Part shown: in pieces, positions 17,908 to 28,441 of the stretch
Layout of the letters: each line of letters opens with the position of its first letter
How positions within the stretch are numbered: position 1 is the first letter of the stretch
Virus record (IMG/VR): IMGVR_UViG_3300006141_000002
Length of the DNA: 64,000 nt
Strand: one strand, 5' to 3'
Source of the DNA: a virus
Taxonomy: Duplodnaviria > Heunggongvirae > Uroviricota > Caudoviricetes
Program-made: the position numbers and the translations under genes
The notes under the pieces: model-generated
What the model saw: only the letters and a program-made list of their open reading frames with translations
Told to the model about the DNA's origin: nothing
Databases searched by the model: none

Positions 17908-18897
17908 GTGGAAGTATCTGAAATCATCGAAAGCGTAGATATTCTGGAATACATATCTCAGTTTTGTGATCCGCAGGAGAAAGAAGACGGAGAGTATTGG
18001 TGCCTCAGCCCATTGAAAGATGAAAACACGCCGTCATTTTCCATCAATCAGGAGATGCAGAGGTTCTACGACTTCTCATCTGGTAAAGGCGGGAATGTCC
18101 TGGACTTTATCCGCGCATACAACAACTGCGATTTTTTGGAAGGTCTGCGGATACTGAAGGATTACGCTGGAATTTCCGAAAGCGGCACATCGACAGCCCC
18201 GCAGCGACTCTTAGCGACATCTATTGCAAAGCGGTTCCAGAGCAAACCGCAAAAAAAGAAGGCGTCAAAGACCTCCATACTTCCCAAGGACTATATGGAC
18301 CGTTATGAGTGGAATGTAAAGAAACTTGCGGTCTGGGAGCGAGAAGGTATCACGATGGAATCCATGGAGAGATTTCAGGTGCGATACGACCCGTTCTCAG
18401 ACCGTCTCGTTTATCCCATCAAAGACGCAAGCGGTAATATTTTCAGTGTCTGCGGCAGGACGCTCGACCCTCATTTCAAAGAGAAGAATCTTAGAAAGTA
18501 TACCTATTTCCAGCCTATTGGAATTTTAGACACCATTTATGGTCTGTCAGATAACAGCGAGGAAATTCGCAAATGCGGAGAGATTATTCTGTTCGAGGGC
18601 GCAAAATCAGTCATAATGGCTGATGGTTGGGGAATCAAAAATACTGGGGCGATTTTAACATCGCACCTCAACCCATATCAGTTCAAGATTCTGATCCAAC
18701 TTTGCGTCAAGGTCACATTTGCGCTGGACGCAGAGATTGATATCCGAGAAGATACAAACATCATGAAGCTTAGGCAGTACACACAGGTGTATTGGATCAG
18801 AAACAGAGACAATGCGCTTGACCCAAAGGATAGCCCAACAGACAAGGGGGAAGACGTGTTCCGGTCGCTTTACCAAGAAAGGGGGCGGTTGCGATGA
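17908..18897 (+). CDS. dnaG: DnaG-type primase
   Basis: ZBD-like SPLKDENTPSF...GKGG; TOPRIM FEG and LDAE. Confidence 0.88.
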   Translation: MEVSEIIESVDILEYISQFCDPQEKEDGEYWCLSPLKDENTPSFSINQEMQRFYDFSSGKGGNVLDFIRAYNNCDFLEGLRILKDYAGISESGTSTAPQRLLATSIAKRFQSKPQKKKASKTSILPKDYMDRYEWNVKKLAVWEREGITMESMERFQVRYDPFSDRLVYPIKDASGNIFSVCGRTLDPHFKEKNLRKYTYFQPIGILDTIYGLSDNSEEIRKCGEIILFEGAKSVIMADGWGIKNTGAILTSHLNPYQFKILIQLCVKVTFALDAEIDIREDTNIMKLRQYTQVYWIRNRDNALDPKDSPTDKGEDVFRSLYQERGRLR

Positions 18898-21159
18898 ACA
18901 ACTACATCCCGTATCATATGCACTCGGATTACAGTTTACTGGATAGCTGCACAAAGTTCCAGGAATATGTTGATCTCGCAGTCAAAAACGGCCAAACAGC
19001 AATAGCGAGTACGGAACATGGGAAACCTCTTGGATGGGTCTCCAAGAAGCTCTACTGTGACAAGAACGGCATCAAGTTTATACACGGAGTCGAAATCTAC
19101 CTTACAGAGCATCTGGTGAGTCCAAACGGGGAGCGTATCCGCGACAACTACCACACAGTGCTGCTTGCCAGGAACTGGGAAGGTGTAAAAGAGTTGAATG
19201 CTCTGGTCTGCAAATCATGCGACCAATACCACTTCTACTACACCAACCGCATTACCTTTGACGAGTTTCTTGGTATTTCGGGAAACATCATATCAACAAG
19301 CGCATGTCTTGCATCTCCTCTGAACAGGCTGCCATCTACCCATCCAAAGTATATGGAACTCGCCCGCAAGTACGATTTTCTTGAGGTTCAGGCGCACGAC
19401 CATCCGGATCAAGTCGCCTTCAACAAAAGGCTTCTGGCTCTCTCCAAAGAAATTGGGACTCCGCTGATCGCAGGAACAGATACACATAGTTCATCTCCAT
19501 ATAAAGCTGAGTGTCGGAGGATTTTGCTTGGCGCCAAGCGTAAGACATATGGCGACGAGGATAACTTCGATCTCACCCACAAGACTTATGACGAACTGGT
19601 TGAGATGTTTGCCAAACAAGGGGCTCTGAGCGAGGATGTGTATCTGGAGGCAATCGCAAACACAAATCTGCTTGACAGTATGGTTGAGGATTTCAAGCTC
19701 GACACATCCATCAAATATCCCATTCTGTATGGTTCTCAGGAAGAGGATGAGCGGAAGTTTGCGGAACGTGTTGAGCGGATGTTCGCAGAAAAGGTATCTA
19801 ACGGAACCATCCCGCCAGAACAGGCGGATGTGTTCAGAAGCGCCATCGACGAAGAGATGGATGTGTTCCACAAGATAGGTATGATGGGCTTTATGGGTTC
19901 CATGTCAGAACTGATTTGCTGGTGTAAGGAGCACAATATGGCAATCGGTACAGCTCGTGGTTCTGTCGGCGGTTCGAGGGTGGCTTATGTCACCGACATC
20001 ATCGACCTGAACCCAGAGACATGGCGCACAGCATTCTCTCGGTTTGCGAACGTGGATCGCGTAGAGATTGGAGATATCGACATTGACGTGGTCAAGTCAG
20101 ACCGGCCAGCAATCTTTGAGTATATCACTGGCAGGTTTGGAACGGATAAGACCGCTCGCGTTGCTTCTTTCGGCACAATCAAAGGAAAGGGCGTCATAGA
20201 TGACGTTGGACGGCATCTGTCCTTCCAATGGGTCAAGGAACATGGCGAACTCGTTGATAATCCTTGGTCGCTGGAGAAAATTAGCCAGATTAAAAAGGAA
20301 TTCGGCGCAGATGTGCAGGAGCTCATGGAGAAATATGACATGACAGAGGATGACCTCTATAAGAAACATCTGGACGAGGTTGTCAGTGTCGCAACAACAA
20401 AGAAGTATCCTGAGTTGTTCTATTATGTCAAGGGCATGTTCGGCGTAAAGGTTTCGCAGTCCGTCCATCCCGCCGGAATGGTCATCAGCCCCATCACGCT
20501 CGTTGACAACTATGGTGTATTTGAAAAAGATGGGGAAAACTGTCTGATGCTGGATATGGACGAAGCACATGAAGCCGGTTTAGCCAAGTATGACTTCCTA
20601 GTCTTAAAGACCGTACAGGTCATCCGGGATGCTTGCAGCTACATGGGACGCCCGTACCCAAAGACAAGTGAAATCAACTGGAACGATGAGGCCGTATGGG
20701 CCGATATGATAAAAAGCCCAGCCGGTTTGTTCCAGTTTGAAAGCGCGTTCGCGTTCGACAGCTTGAAAAAGTTTGTTCCGCACAGCATTTTTGACATGTC
20801 TCTGGTAACAGCCTGCATCCGACCATCTGGCGCATCATATCGCAATGAATTGCTGGCAAGGAAGCCGCACAGTAATCCATCTGAGTTGATTGACGATCTG
20901 CTGAAAGACAACCTTGGGTATCTGGTGTATCAGGAGGATATCATCCAATTCCTGCAAAGGATATGTGGACTAAGCGGGAGCCAGGCGGACTCTGTCCGGC
21001 GCGGCATCGCCAAAAAGAAGATGGAACTGCTGGATGAATGGATGCCTGTGATCCTGAACGGATACTGTGAAAAGTCAACCAAGCCACGTGAAACGGCTGA
21101 ACAGGAAGCAAAACAATTTTTGCAAATTATCCAGGACGCATCGTCCTATATGTTTGGGT
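18894..21159 (+). CDS. dnaE: DNA polymerase III alpha (DnaE), exon 1
   Basis: PHP domain HMHSDYS..DS; RGSVGGS, DIDIDV, SVHPAG, KYDFL; homology stops at SYMFG. Confidence 0.93.
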
Positions 21160-22059
21160 TATTGATTAGCTCATTTCTTGTGAACCCTATGACTCAGGGG
21201 TGTGCGGCGTAAGCCGCGCTAACGGTATCAGATGAATAAGACCGGTCTATGAAGCCTTACAAGGAGATATAGGCCAATTCCATATTAGGTGACATACAAA
21301 CCTGTGCGTATATATGGGGACGAAGCCTCTGACTAAGAGAACCTACGGCCCGTCGAACGGGTAGCAGGCGATACCGTGCCAAGCCATTGAGAGGGGTGCT
21401 GTAATGCTCTGGAAAGCGATCCAAGGATATGAAGGTTATTATGAAGTCAGCGACGCAGGGTGCGTTAGAAGTGTTGATCGTATCATCTACGACAAAAATG
21501 GATGGTCTCGGAGATATCGGGGGAGAGACATGAAACTGACGCGCACCAAAGGAAAGGACGGCAATGGATATATGGTCGTCAACCTGCGGCGCGACGGCAC
21601 TTCGTATGTGGCCTTCATACATATTCTGGTTGCAACCGCGTTTATTCCGAATCCACACGGATATCCGATGGTCAATCACATCGACGGTGATAAGACTAAT
21701 AATGCCGTGAGCAATTTGGAGTGGACGACATATAGCTATAACAACATCCACGCTCTATACAACAATCTGCGCAAGCCAAGGGGTATACCGGTCATTCAGA
21801 TGACAGAAGACGGGGATATCATTGAGGTTTATGAATCTGCCGCAGAAGCGGAGCGAATCACTGGAATCAGTGCGAGACTGATTTTGCAGTGCATCAATCT
21901 TCGCATCTTCTCCGCTGGTGGGTTTGCGTGGGAAGCATATTGGAGGGTGTAACGACTATCCCAAAAGGGAGTACGGCAGAAGATGAGTCTCTGCTGGAAG
22001 CGCAAGAACGGCTCAGGCCGAAGATATAGTCTGTCCGAATGGAAACATTCGAATAAACG
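21160..22059 (+). ncRNA. Group I intron (900 nt) in dnaE
   Basis: P1 UGGGU/GCUCA with U.G at the splice site; P4 ACGGTATC/GATACCGT; P7 GACTA/TAGTC with AAGATATAGTC S element; terminal G at 22059; P10 GATTA/TAATC; splicing restores SYMFGYNHSVAY. Confidence 0.92.
21404..21952 (+). CDS. Intron-encoded NUMOD4-HNH-NUMOD1 homing endonuclease
   Basis: WKAIQGYEGYYEVSD (NUMOD4); HILVATAF...NHIDGDKTNNAVSNLEW (HNH); YESAAEAER (NUMOD1). Confidence 0.92.
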   Translation: MLWKAIQGYEGYYEVSDAGCVRSVDRIIYDKNGWSRRYRGRDMKLTRTKGKDGNGYMVVNLRRDGTSYVAFIHILVATAFIPNPHGYPMVNHIDGDKTNNAVSNLEWTTYSYNNIHALYNNLRKPRGIPVIQMTEDGDIIEVYESAAEAERITGISARLILQCINLRIFSAGGFAWEAYWRV

Positions 22060-23009
22060 ATAATCATTCAGTTGCATATTGTCTGCTCGGTTACCTGTGC
22101 GCCTACTATAGGTACTACAATCCAATCGAATTCATCACTTCGTTTCTCAACAATGCGGCAAACGAAGATGACATTCAAAACGGGACAGCGTTGGCAAGAC
22201 AGCGTGGCATCCGTATTGTTCAGCCTAAGTATGGGTTTTCTAAAGCGGATTATTTCTTTGATAAAGAAGAAAACATTATCTCAAAGGGAGTCAGCAGCGT
22301 CAAGTATATGAGTAAGGCTGCGGCCGATGAACTATACGAGCTATCCAAAACTCACCAGTATACGTTTTTTATCGATCTGCTCAGAGACATATCTGAACAC
22401 ACATCGCTTGACTCCAGACAAATGGATATCCTAATCAAGATCGACTATTTTGTTGATTTTGGGAACCAACGCGAGTTGTTCAAGATCGTTGAGATGTTTG
22501 AGTTGTTCAAGAAGGGCTCCGCAAAGAAAATCCGCAAAGATGTGATTGATGGTACATGGCTCAAAAAAATTGTCAGTAAAAGTTCGAATGGGAAAACTAA
22601 AAGCGGCGATGACGCAAAGAGCTATACTATCGTTGATATGGAAGAAATCCTGCACGATATTGAGTTCTACATCAAGGGTTCTCATGTGAACGACTTGTCG
22701 GTCTTTATGAAAGCGAAAAACTTCAATGATATCATGGGGTATGCTGGTTATACGTCTGGGAATGAAGCTGACCGCAATAAGCTGTTTATCACCGGCGTTT
22801 ATCCTGTTCGCCGCAAAAGGGACAACGAGATTTTCGGCTACAGTGTTCTAACGCAGTCCATTGGGAGCGGTATAGAAAGCCGTATGACAGTGTTCAAGCG
22901 CAGGTTCGACCAAGACCCCATTAAAGAGGGCGACATCGTTATCTGTAAGCGGTGGGAGCGCGATAAGATCTACTTCAGGATGCTCGATTATGAGCATCTT
23001 TTGTTTTAG
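22060..23009 (+). CDS. dnaE: DnaE exon 2 (spliced product 1071 aa)
   Basis: Frame open from 22060: NHSVAYCLLGYLCAYYRYYNPIEF continues the DnaE fingers motif; in frame with track ORF 22191-23009. Confidence 0.9.
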
Positions 23010-23021
23010 ATAGGAGGGCAT

Positions 23022-23486
23022 ATGTGGTACAGCATTCAATATAGGATCAGAACAACGCATCACGGAGGGTTTCTATGCAAAAAGTCGAACCTGTTTCCCG
23101 TACTCGATATTCGCTATCGCAAAGGCGGTTCAGGACGATGGACAAGCCTCGAAAGCGTAGAGATCGATTTCTATACATACCGTCGTTTCAAGAATACTTA
23201 CTACAAGAGTTTCGAGAAGCGCATGACGACCATGATGACTCTGGAGACAAAATCAGACTACGAGAGGTTAGAACTATTCATGGAAATCCTTGGCGCTGAA
23301 TTTGGCCGCAGTATTGCAACGCTTGTAGAGAGTGTTGTCCGCGAACGGATTATCATGGAGAAAGCGGATGATAGTGAACGAGAAGATGTGAATCGTATTA
23401 CTCTCTCCCTGGTGACAAGCAAGTGGGGAACAACAGAAATTCAAGTGAGGAGTGGTAATAATGACCATGCAAGACTCCCAAGTTGA
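23022..23486 (+). CDS. Hypothetical protein
   Basis: AGGAGG RBS. Confidence 0.65.
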   Translation: MWYSIQYRIRTTHHGGFLCKKSNLFPVLDIRYRKGGSGRWTSLESVEIDFYTYRRFKNTYYKSFEKRMTTMMTLETKSDYERLELFMEILGAEFGRSIATLVESVVRERIIMEKADDSEREDVNRITLSLVTSKWGTTEIQVRSGNNDHARLPS

Positions 23487-23679
23487 ATACTTCGCATTCA
23501 TGGGAGATTCTTGCTGTGCTGAGTGTGAACCAACACTCAGCGATATCGATCAAAGCATTGCGGAATGTATGGCAATGCTTGACAATGCTATCTACCGGAC
23601 TGATAAGAGCGAAATTAGCTTTTGGAGACGTATGCTCCAGACAGCAAAAGTGCAAAGAAGGGAGCTTTTAGCAACCTAA
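23461..23679 (+). CDS. Small hypothetical protein
   Basis: GAGGAG RBS, overlaps upstream gene. Confidence 0.55.
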   Translation: MTMQDSQVEYFAFMGDSCCAECEPTLSDIDQSIAECMAMLDNAIYRTDKSEISFWRRMLQTAKVQRRELLAT

Positions 23680-23789
23680 CTGTTTTGCGATGGCGAGCGG
23701 CGAGCAAATTACACTGAAGCCTTTGCGGATTGTAAATCAATCTAACGGTAGTCAAGAGGTGTCGGGTATGTTGTTAAACACATACCTTC

Positions 23790-24527
23790 ATGCACTATTC
23801 AGTCGGTTGGTCTGGTGGAAAAGACAGCACAGCAAGCATTATCTTGGCACACATACATAATGAACCAGTTGATAGCATCCTGTTTGCAGAGGTAATGTTT
23901 GATATATCAAATGGAATCAGTGGAGAAAATCCACAACATATTGATTTCATCAAAAATAAAGCAATCCCTCTGTTTGAATCATGGGGATATAGGGTCGATA
24001 TTGTTCATTCTGATCGAGATTTTTTATCTGTGTTTAATAGAGTGATTGAAAGACCCACAAAACATCTCGAACACAAAGGATTGAAATATGGATTCCCTGT
24101 AAATGGGCTTTGCTCTATAAAACGGGAATGTAAACTAAGGGCAATAAAATCGTACTACAAAGCTATTGGGGAAGAGTGCGTCCAGTATGTTGGAATTGCA
24201 ATCGATGAGCCAAAACGTCTTGTCAGCCTCCATAAGTCAAGAAATATTTCTTTGTTGGAGAAGTATGGACTTACAGAAGCTGACGCTATGCAATTATGTA
24301 AAGATTACGGGTTGTTAAGTCCAACGTATGAATTGTCCCGAAGAGGCGGGTGTTGGTTCTGCCCGAACGCTAAGTTGGCGGAACACAGAGATATACGAGA
24401 CAGATACCCGGAAGCATGGGAACAGTATATCAATCTTGAGAATGAAAATGTTGCATTTAATAAATGGAATACATTTTCAGATAAGACACTCCATGATATA
24501 GAGCTGATGCTATCAAGAGAAGTATAA
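23790..24527 (+). CDS. PAPS reductase (PP-loop) family protein, copy 2
   Basis: WSGGKDS PP-loop, YVGIAIDE and RGGCWFCPN. Confidence 0.85.
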   Translation: MHYSVGWSGGKDSTASIILAHIHNEPVDSILFAEVMFDISNGISGENPQHIDFIKNKAIPLFESWGYRVDIVHSDRDFLSVFNRVIERPTKHLEHKGLKYGFPVNGLCSIKRECKLRAIKSYYKAIGEECVQYVGIAIDEPKRLVSLHKSRNISLLEKYGLTEADAMQLCKDYGLLSPTYELSRRGGCWFCPNAKLAEHRDIRDRYPEAWEQYINLENENVAFNKWNTFSDKTLHDIELMLSREV

Positions 24528-24559
24528 AATTGGCCTTTTATTCACACTGGAGGTTTGAT

Positions 24560-24886
24560 ATGGAATATAACTACAAGGATTGTTTGCGATTTGTGGAAGA
24601 AAAATTAAGAGTGAGTCTTTTCCCGTATCAAAAACAAATGCTTAAAGCATTTTGTGAGGGAAAAGAAGTTCGTTCCGCTCGTTGTGTCGGACGCACTTAT
24701 GTGGCAAAGGCATTTGGGCAATACGTTTCAAGTCTTTGCGACAAAAATGACTACAACAAAACTCCGGATATTGTGTTCCCATACAGCGATGCTCTGGAAT
24801 ATGGATTGATCGATCAGCACCTTATCGACAGAGCAAAAACGGCACTTTCTCTCGACGATTTTAGGCGAGAATATCTATGCGAGTAA
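24560..24886 (+). CDS. Small protein resembling the N-terminus and lid of a terminase large-subunit ATPase
   Basis: GGAGG RBS; FVEEKL..SLFPYQK, RSARCVGRTY and FRREYLCE. Confidence 0.55.
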   Translation: MEYNYKDCLRFVEEKLRVSLFPYQKQMLKAFCEGKEVRSARCVGRTYVAKAFGQYVSSLCDKNDYNKTPDIVFPYSDALEYGLIDQHLIDRAKTALSLDDFRREYLCE

Positions 24887-25065
24887 TAACACACAACGAT
24901 AAAATCTTTATTGATGGAATGGCCGTTGAACCCCCAAAACCATCTGATTGCATCTGTATTTCACAGCACAACGGGAATGTGTATGTAAATGGATTTGAAT
25001 GGACAGGGGAACATTGGAAGCGAACTTTGCGTGCAACTTGGCACTGGTTGCTCTGCTGGTTATGA
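24877..25065 (+). CDS. Small hypothetical protein
   Basis: Overlapping ORF in operon. Confidence 0.55.
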   Translation: MRVITHNDKIFIDGMAVEPPKPSDCICISQHNGNVYVNGFEWTGEHWKRTLRATWHWLLCWL

Positions 25066-25089
25066 GTCCAATTTGCATTTTAGAAAGAG

Positions 25090-26742
25090 GTGGAAACCAT
25101 ATACAAAGCAAAAATTGAGACAAATGAGGTAGCAGGTGTATTTTTCTGTGGCGGCGGCGGCAGTACGGACGGCATCGTGAGATATACAAACATTCCGGTT
25201 GTTGGCGCGGTCAATCATGACCTTGCCGCCATCAGGATGCACCAGACCAATCATCCGTTCACCGAACACTATAAGGAAGATGTGTTCGCGGTAGACCCGA
25301 AAAAGTTTTGTGGTGGATACCCGATGGGCTTTGCGTGGTTCTCTCCAGACTGTACCCATTTCTCACGGGCTCGTGGATCGACTCCGGTTAAGAAGGAAAT
25401 CCGAGGTCTGTCTTGGGTTATGGTCAAATGGGCTCTCAGCGTCAGGCCGCGTGTTATGGCTATGGAGAACGTACCAGAGATCAGAACATGGGGACCGCTT
25501 ATCGAACGCGATGGAAAGAAGTATCCTGATCCACAGCGTTCTGGCGAAACTTTTGACGGATTCGTGAAGATACTGACCACTGGTATTGAGCCAGACCATC
25601 CGGCACTCTTGGAGTGTTGTGAGTTCCTTCACATCGATCCGTCAGGCGAGGATGCAACGAAGCTCATCGCCGGTCTTGGGTATGAGATGGACTGGAAGGA
25701 ATTGTGTGCTGCTGACTATGGCGTACATACAACGAGGACACGATTCTTTGGTGTATTCCGGTGTGATGGCAAACCGATTGTGTGGCCAAAGCAGACTCAC
25801 GCCAGACGAAATTCAGAAGCGGTTTTGAATGGAGAACTTCTACCGTGGGCTCCTGCGGCTGAGGTTCTCGATTTTTCTCTGCCGGCGCCAAGTATCTTTG
25901 ATACAAAAGAAGCCATCAAGGCGAAGTATTCTATCCGCGCTGTTCGTCCGCTCAGAGATAATACTATGAGAAGGATCGCCAGAGGTTTGGATAAGTTCGT
26001 TTTGAAAGCAGATGATCCTTATGTCGTCACGGCTCCACAGGCTATTGCGCCGTATCTTGCTCAGTACCACACAGAGCAGTCTGAGAATGTACGCGGTCAG
26101 GCGGTGGACGAACCAATCATGACGCTGGACGCATCCAATCGCTATGGCGTTGTTGCCCCTATTCTGACGAAATATTACGGGAATGACGAACACGGTCAGG
26201 ATATTGAAGAGCCGCTGCATACTGTTACGGCGCATGACCGCGAGGGGCTTGTGCTTGCTCATATCTGTAAGTTCAAAGGGGACAATATCGGTCAGCATCC
26301 GTCAGATCCGCTTCAAACAATTACGACTACTGCCGGTGAGTTTGCCGTCATCAAGACAAAGGCAGTAAGGTATTCCGACGGTGTCAATATGGGTAACTGG
26401 ACAAAAGTCAGAGAAATGCTAAACAGATGGGCTGGTTACAGCATGAAGGATGATGAAGTCCTGCTCAAGTACATTAACGGAGACTGGTATTACATTGTGG
26501 ATATTGGTCTGCGGATGCTGAAGGCGAAGGAAGCGTACAGGGCAATGGGTTTTGCGCCGGATTACGTGTTCGATGTGGATGCGGACGGTAAGAAGATGAC
26601 ATCGTCTGAGCAAATGGAAAAGTGCGGAAACGCCGTGTGTCCTGACCTCGCTGGTCTGATTGCGGCGGCAAATATCCCTGAATATGCGAGGGAAGAAATA
26701 TGCCATAGCATGAAAGAGTGGCGGAGTACGATTGCGGCATAG
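25090..26742 (+). CDS. DNA cytosine-5 methyltransferase
   Basis: FFCGGGG (I), SPDCTHFS (IV), ENV (VI), TTRTRFF (VIII) and CGNAVCP (X). Confidence 0.92.
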   Translation: METIYKAKIETNEVAGVFFCGGGGSTDGIVRYTNIPVVGAVNHDLAAIRMHQTNHPFTEHYKEDVFAVDPKKFCGGYPMGFAWFSPDCTHFSRARGSTPVKKEIRGLSWVMVKWALSVRPRVMAMENVPEIRTWGPLIERDGKKYPDPQRSGETFDGFVKILTTGIEPDHPALLECCEFLHIDPSGEDATKLIAGLGYEMDWKELCAADYGVHTTRTRFFGVFRCDGKPIVWPKQTHARRNSEAVLNGELLPWAPAAEVLDFSLPAPSIFDTKEAIKAKYSIRAVRPLRDNTMRRIARGLDKFVLKADDPYVVTAPQAIAPYLAQYHTEQSENVRGQAVDEPIMTLDASNRYGVVAPILTKYYGNDEHGQDIEEPLHTVTAHDREGLVLAHICKFKGDNIGQHPSDPLQTITTTAGEFAVIKTKAVRYSDGVNMGNWTKVREMLNRWAGYSMKDDEVLLKYINGDWYYIVDIGLRMLKAKEAYRAMGFAPDYVFDVDADGKKMTSSEQMEKCGNAVCPDLAGLIAAANIPEYAREEICHSMKEWRSTIAA

Positions 26743-26765
26743 CGCTATGAAAGGGGTGAAAGCAG

Positions 26766-26981
26766 ATGTTAAAGCGAGTTTGTAATATGTGCGGTAAAGA
26801 TTTCGATGAGTTTGATACACAGGAGGATTTCAGTCTTCACCGCTATGTCGGTTATGGAAGCGGGTTCGACGGCAGCTATATTGATCTTGATCTGTGCTGC
26901 GACTGTTTCGACAAGCTGATAAATGATTACATAGTTCCCAGGTGCAAGATCTCGCCGGTAGAGGATGGAGGTCTGTTATGA
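26766..26981 (+). CDS. Small zinc-ribbon-like protein
   Basis: CNMCG ... LCCDC. Confidence 0.65.
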   Translation: MLKRVCNMCGKDFDEFDTQEDFSLHRYVGYGSGFDGSYIDLDLCCDCFDKLINDYIVPRCKISPVEDGGLL

Positions 26982-27508
26982 ATGTTTCGGAAGAACTTAG
27001 CCGTATAATTGAGGAAATGCAGTCACGAACGGGTGGAGAGCCAGGGCAGATTCTCTGCAGTCAGGAAACGCTTCAACAGCTCTGGGAACAGACCAGAATG
27101 ATCTATGTCAGCAACGATGATGTAGAGAGTGGCAGAGGGTATGCCGCGAGATATATGGGTATACCCATCTCGGTTTCTCCTGGTATGGAGCCCGGTAAGG
27201 TGTGTCTGATTCCTAACAGAGGCGTTCAACCACAACTCGGTATTGATTTTTCAAGTACATCGGACACAGGCGCAGATGAATGGTTCCCGGTAAGTCCATT
27301 CACTACTCCGAGTGGCTGGCAAGTAAGGGCTGACCCGTTTATGAATCCGGTATATCAAGCGGCGTTCAATCTGGATGCAGCACCGAAGAAAAAGAAACCA
27401 CCTGCTAAGAAAACAGCTACTATAGATGAGCCAACGGATATTGATGAAGGCAGCTTCATTGATATTCTGAAAGGCGGTAGTGGTCATGACGATGCAGGAT
27501 CAATTTGA
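26978..27508 (+). CDS. Hypothetical protein
   Basis: GGAGG RBS before ATG 26978. Confidence 0.7.
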   Translation: MNVSEELSRIIEEMQSRTGGEPGQILCSQETLQQLWEQTRMIYVSNDDVESGRGYAARYMGIPISVSPGMEPGKVCLIPNRGVQPQLGIDFSSTSDTGADEWFPVSPFTTPSGWQVRADPFMNPVYQAAFNLDAAPKKKKPPAKKTATIDEPTDIDEGSFIDILKGGSGHDDAGSI

Positions 27509-27767
27509 GATATTCACTTGTGCCATCGATATCATTACGACACGAGGCACACGAAGGCAAACCATTGAAGCTCCGCGAATTATCATTGAGAGGCAGTTTA
27601 TCAATCTCATATATGAAGCGGCGCAGGCAATGGAGCCAGTTAAAGTGAAGCTAAGCAGGGTAATCCCCATATACAGCCAGTTCGAACAGAAATGGCTTGA
27701 TAGAGAATGCAGCATCGCCTTTGGAAACCAGGCGTTTGTTCGCGTATACGGGGAGGATTCGGTATAA
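27486..27767 (+). CDS. Hypothetical protein
   Basis: Overlapping ORF ending just before a terminator. Confidence 0.65.
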   Translation: MTMQDQFEIFTCAIDIITTRGTRRQTIEAPRIIIERQFINLIYEAAQAMEPVKVKLSRVIPIYSQFEQKWLDRECSIAFGNQAFVRVYGEDSV

Positions 27768-27768
27768 G

Positions 27769-27796
27769 AGGGCGGTGCTAAAGCGCCGTCCTTTTT
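27769..27796 (+). terminator. Intrinsic terminator
   Basis: AGGGCGGTGC-TAAA-GCGCCGTCCT followed by TTTT. Confidence 0.75.
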
Positions 27797-27824
27797 ACCG
27801 CCCAGATAACGGAGGTATAAATAA

Positions 27825-28433
27825 GTGAAGCGTTCTTTAATCGTATATTTTGTTGTCACCGCAATTATGCTTTTGGCGTGTGGGTTAACCACGATACCGG
27901 AGCCGGAGCCAAATGTGCAGATGGTAGACCCCGTACATTTGACGTCCAATACGGTGCGCACACTCGAAGAGAGAACTATAATCTCTGCCCACACGAACAA
28001 GTCGGAGATTAAGAAGGAACAGACCAAACCGCCTTATGTGATGTATTACAATGAGAGTGATATTGTTATGCTCGCAAAACTCATGTATCAGGAATGCGGA
28101 GGGGTTCCGAGCGACACAGAGAAAGCATGTGTCGTGTGGACTGTTCTGAATCGAGTTGATGAATACGGCGGAACGATTTATGAGGTTGTAACAGCGAAGA
28201 ATCAATTCGCCTATTACAATGACAGGCCGGTTGATGATGCGCTGTATCAGCTTGCAAAAGACGTTTTGACCCGTTGGAACAACGAGAAAAATGGCGAGGT
28301 TAACGTTGGCAGAGTATTGCCACCCGATTACCTTTGGTTCTCTGGAGATGGTGAACACAATCATTTCCGCAACGCATACAAAGGTCAGTTCTCAATATGG
28401 GATTACAGCTTAGAAACCCCATATGAAAGTTGA
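27825..28433 (+). CDS. SleB-like cell wall hydrolase with N-terminal membrane anchor/signal
   Basis: MLAKLMYQECGG, VWTVLNRV, NQF and HNHF. Confidence 0.8.
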   Translation: MKRSLIVYFVVTAIMLLACGLTTIPEPEPNVQMVDPVHLTSNTVRTLEERTIISAHTNKSEIKKEQTKPPYVMYYNESDIVMLAKLMYQECGGVPSDTEKACVVWTVLNRVDEYGGTIYEVVTAKNQFAYYNDRPVDDALYQLAKDVLTRWNNEKNGEVNVGRVLPPDYLWFSGDGEHNHFRNAYKGQFSIWDYSLETPYES

Positions 28434-28441
28434 GGATACAT

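Noticed and set aside
18894-21212. dnaE as a truncated pseudogene (772 aa) with a separate 272-aa gene at 22191
   Set aside because: Both are exons of one gene; the group I intron core and splice junctions restore the frame and the conserved motif
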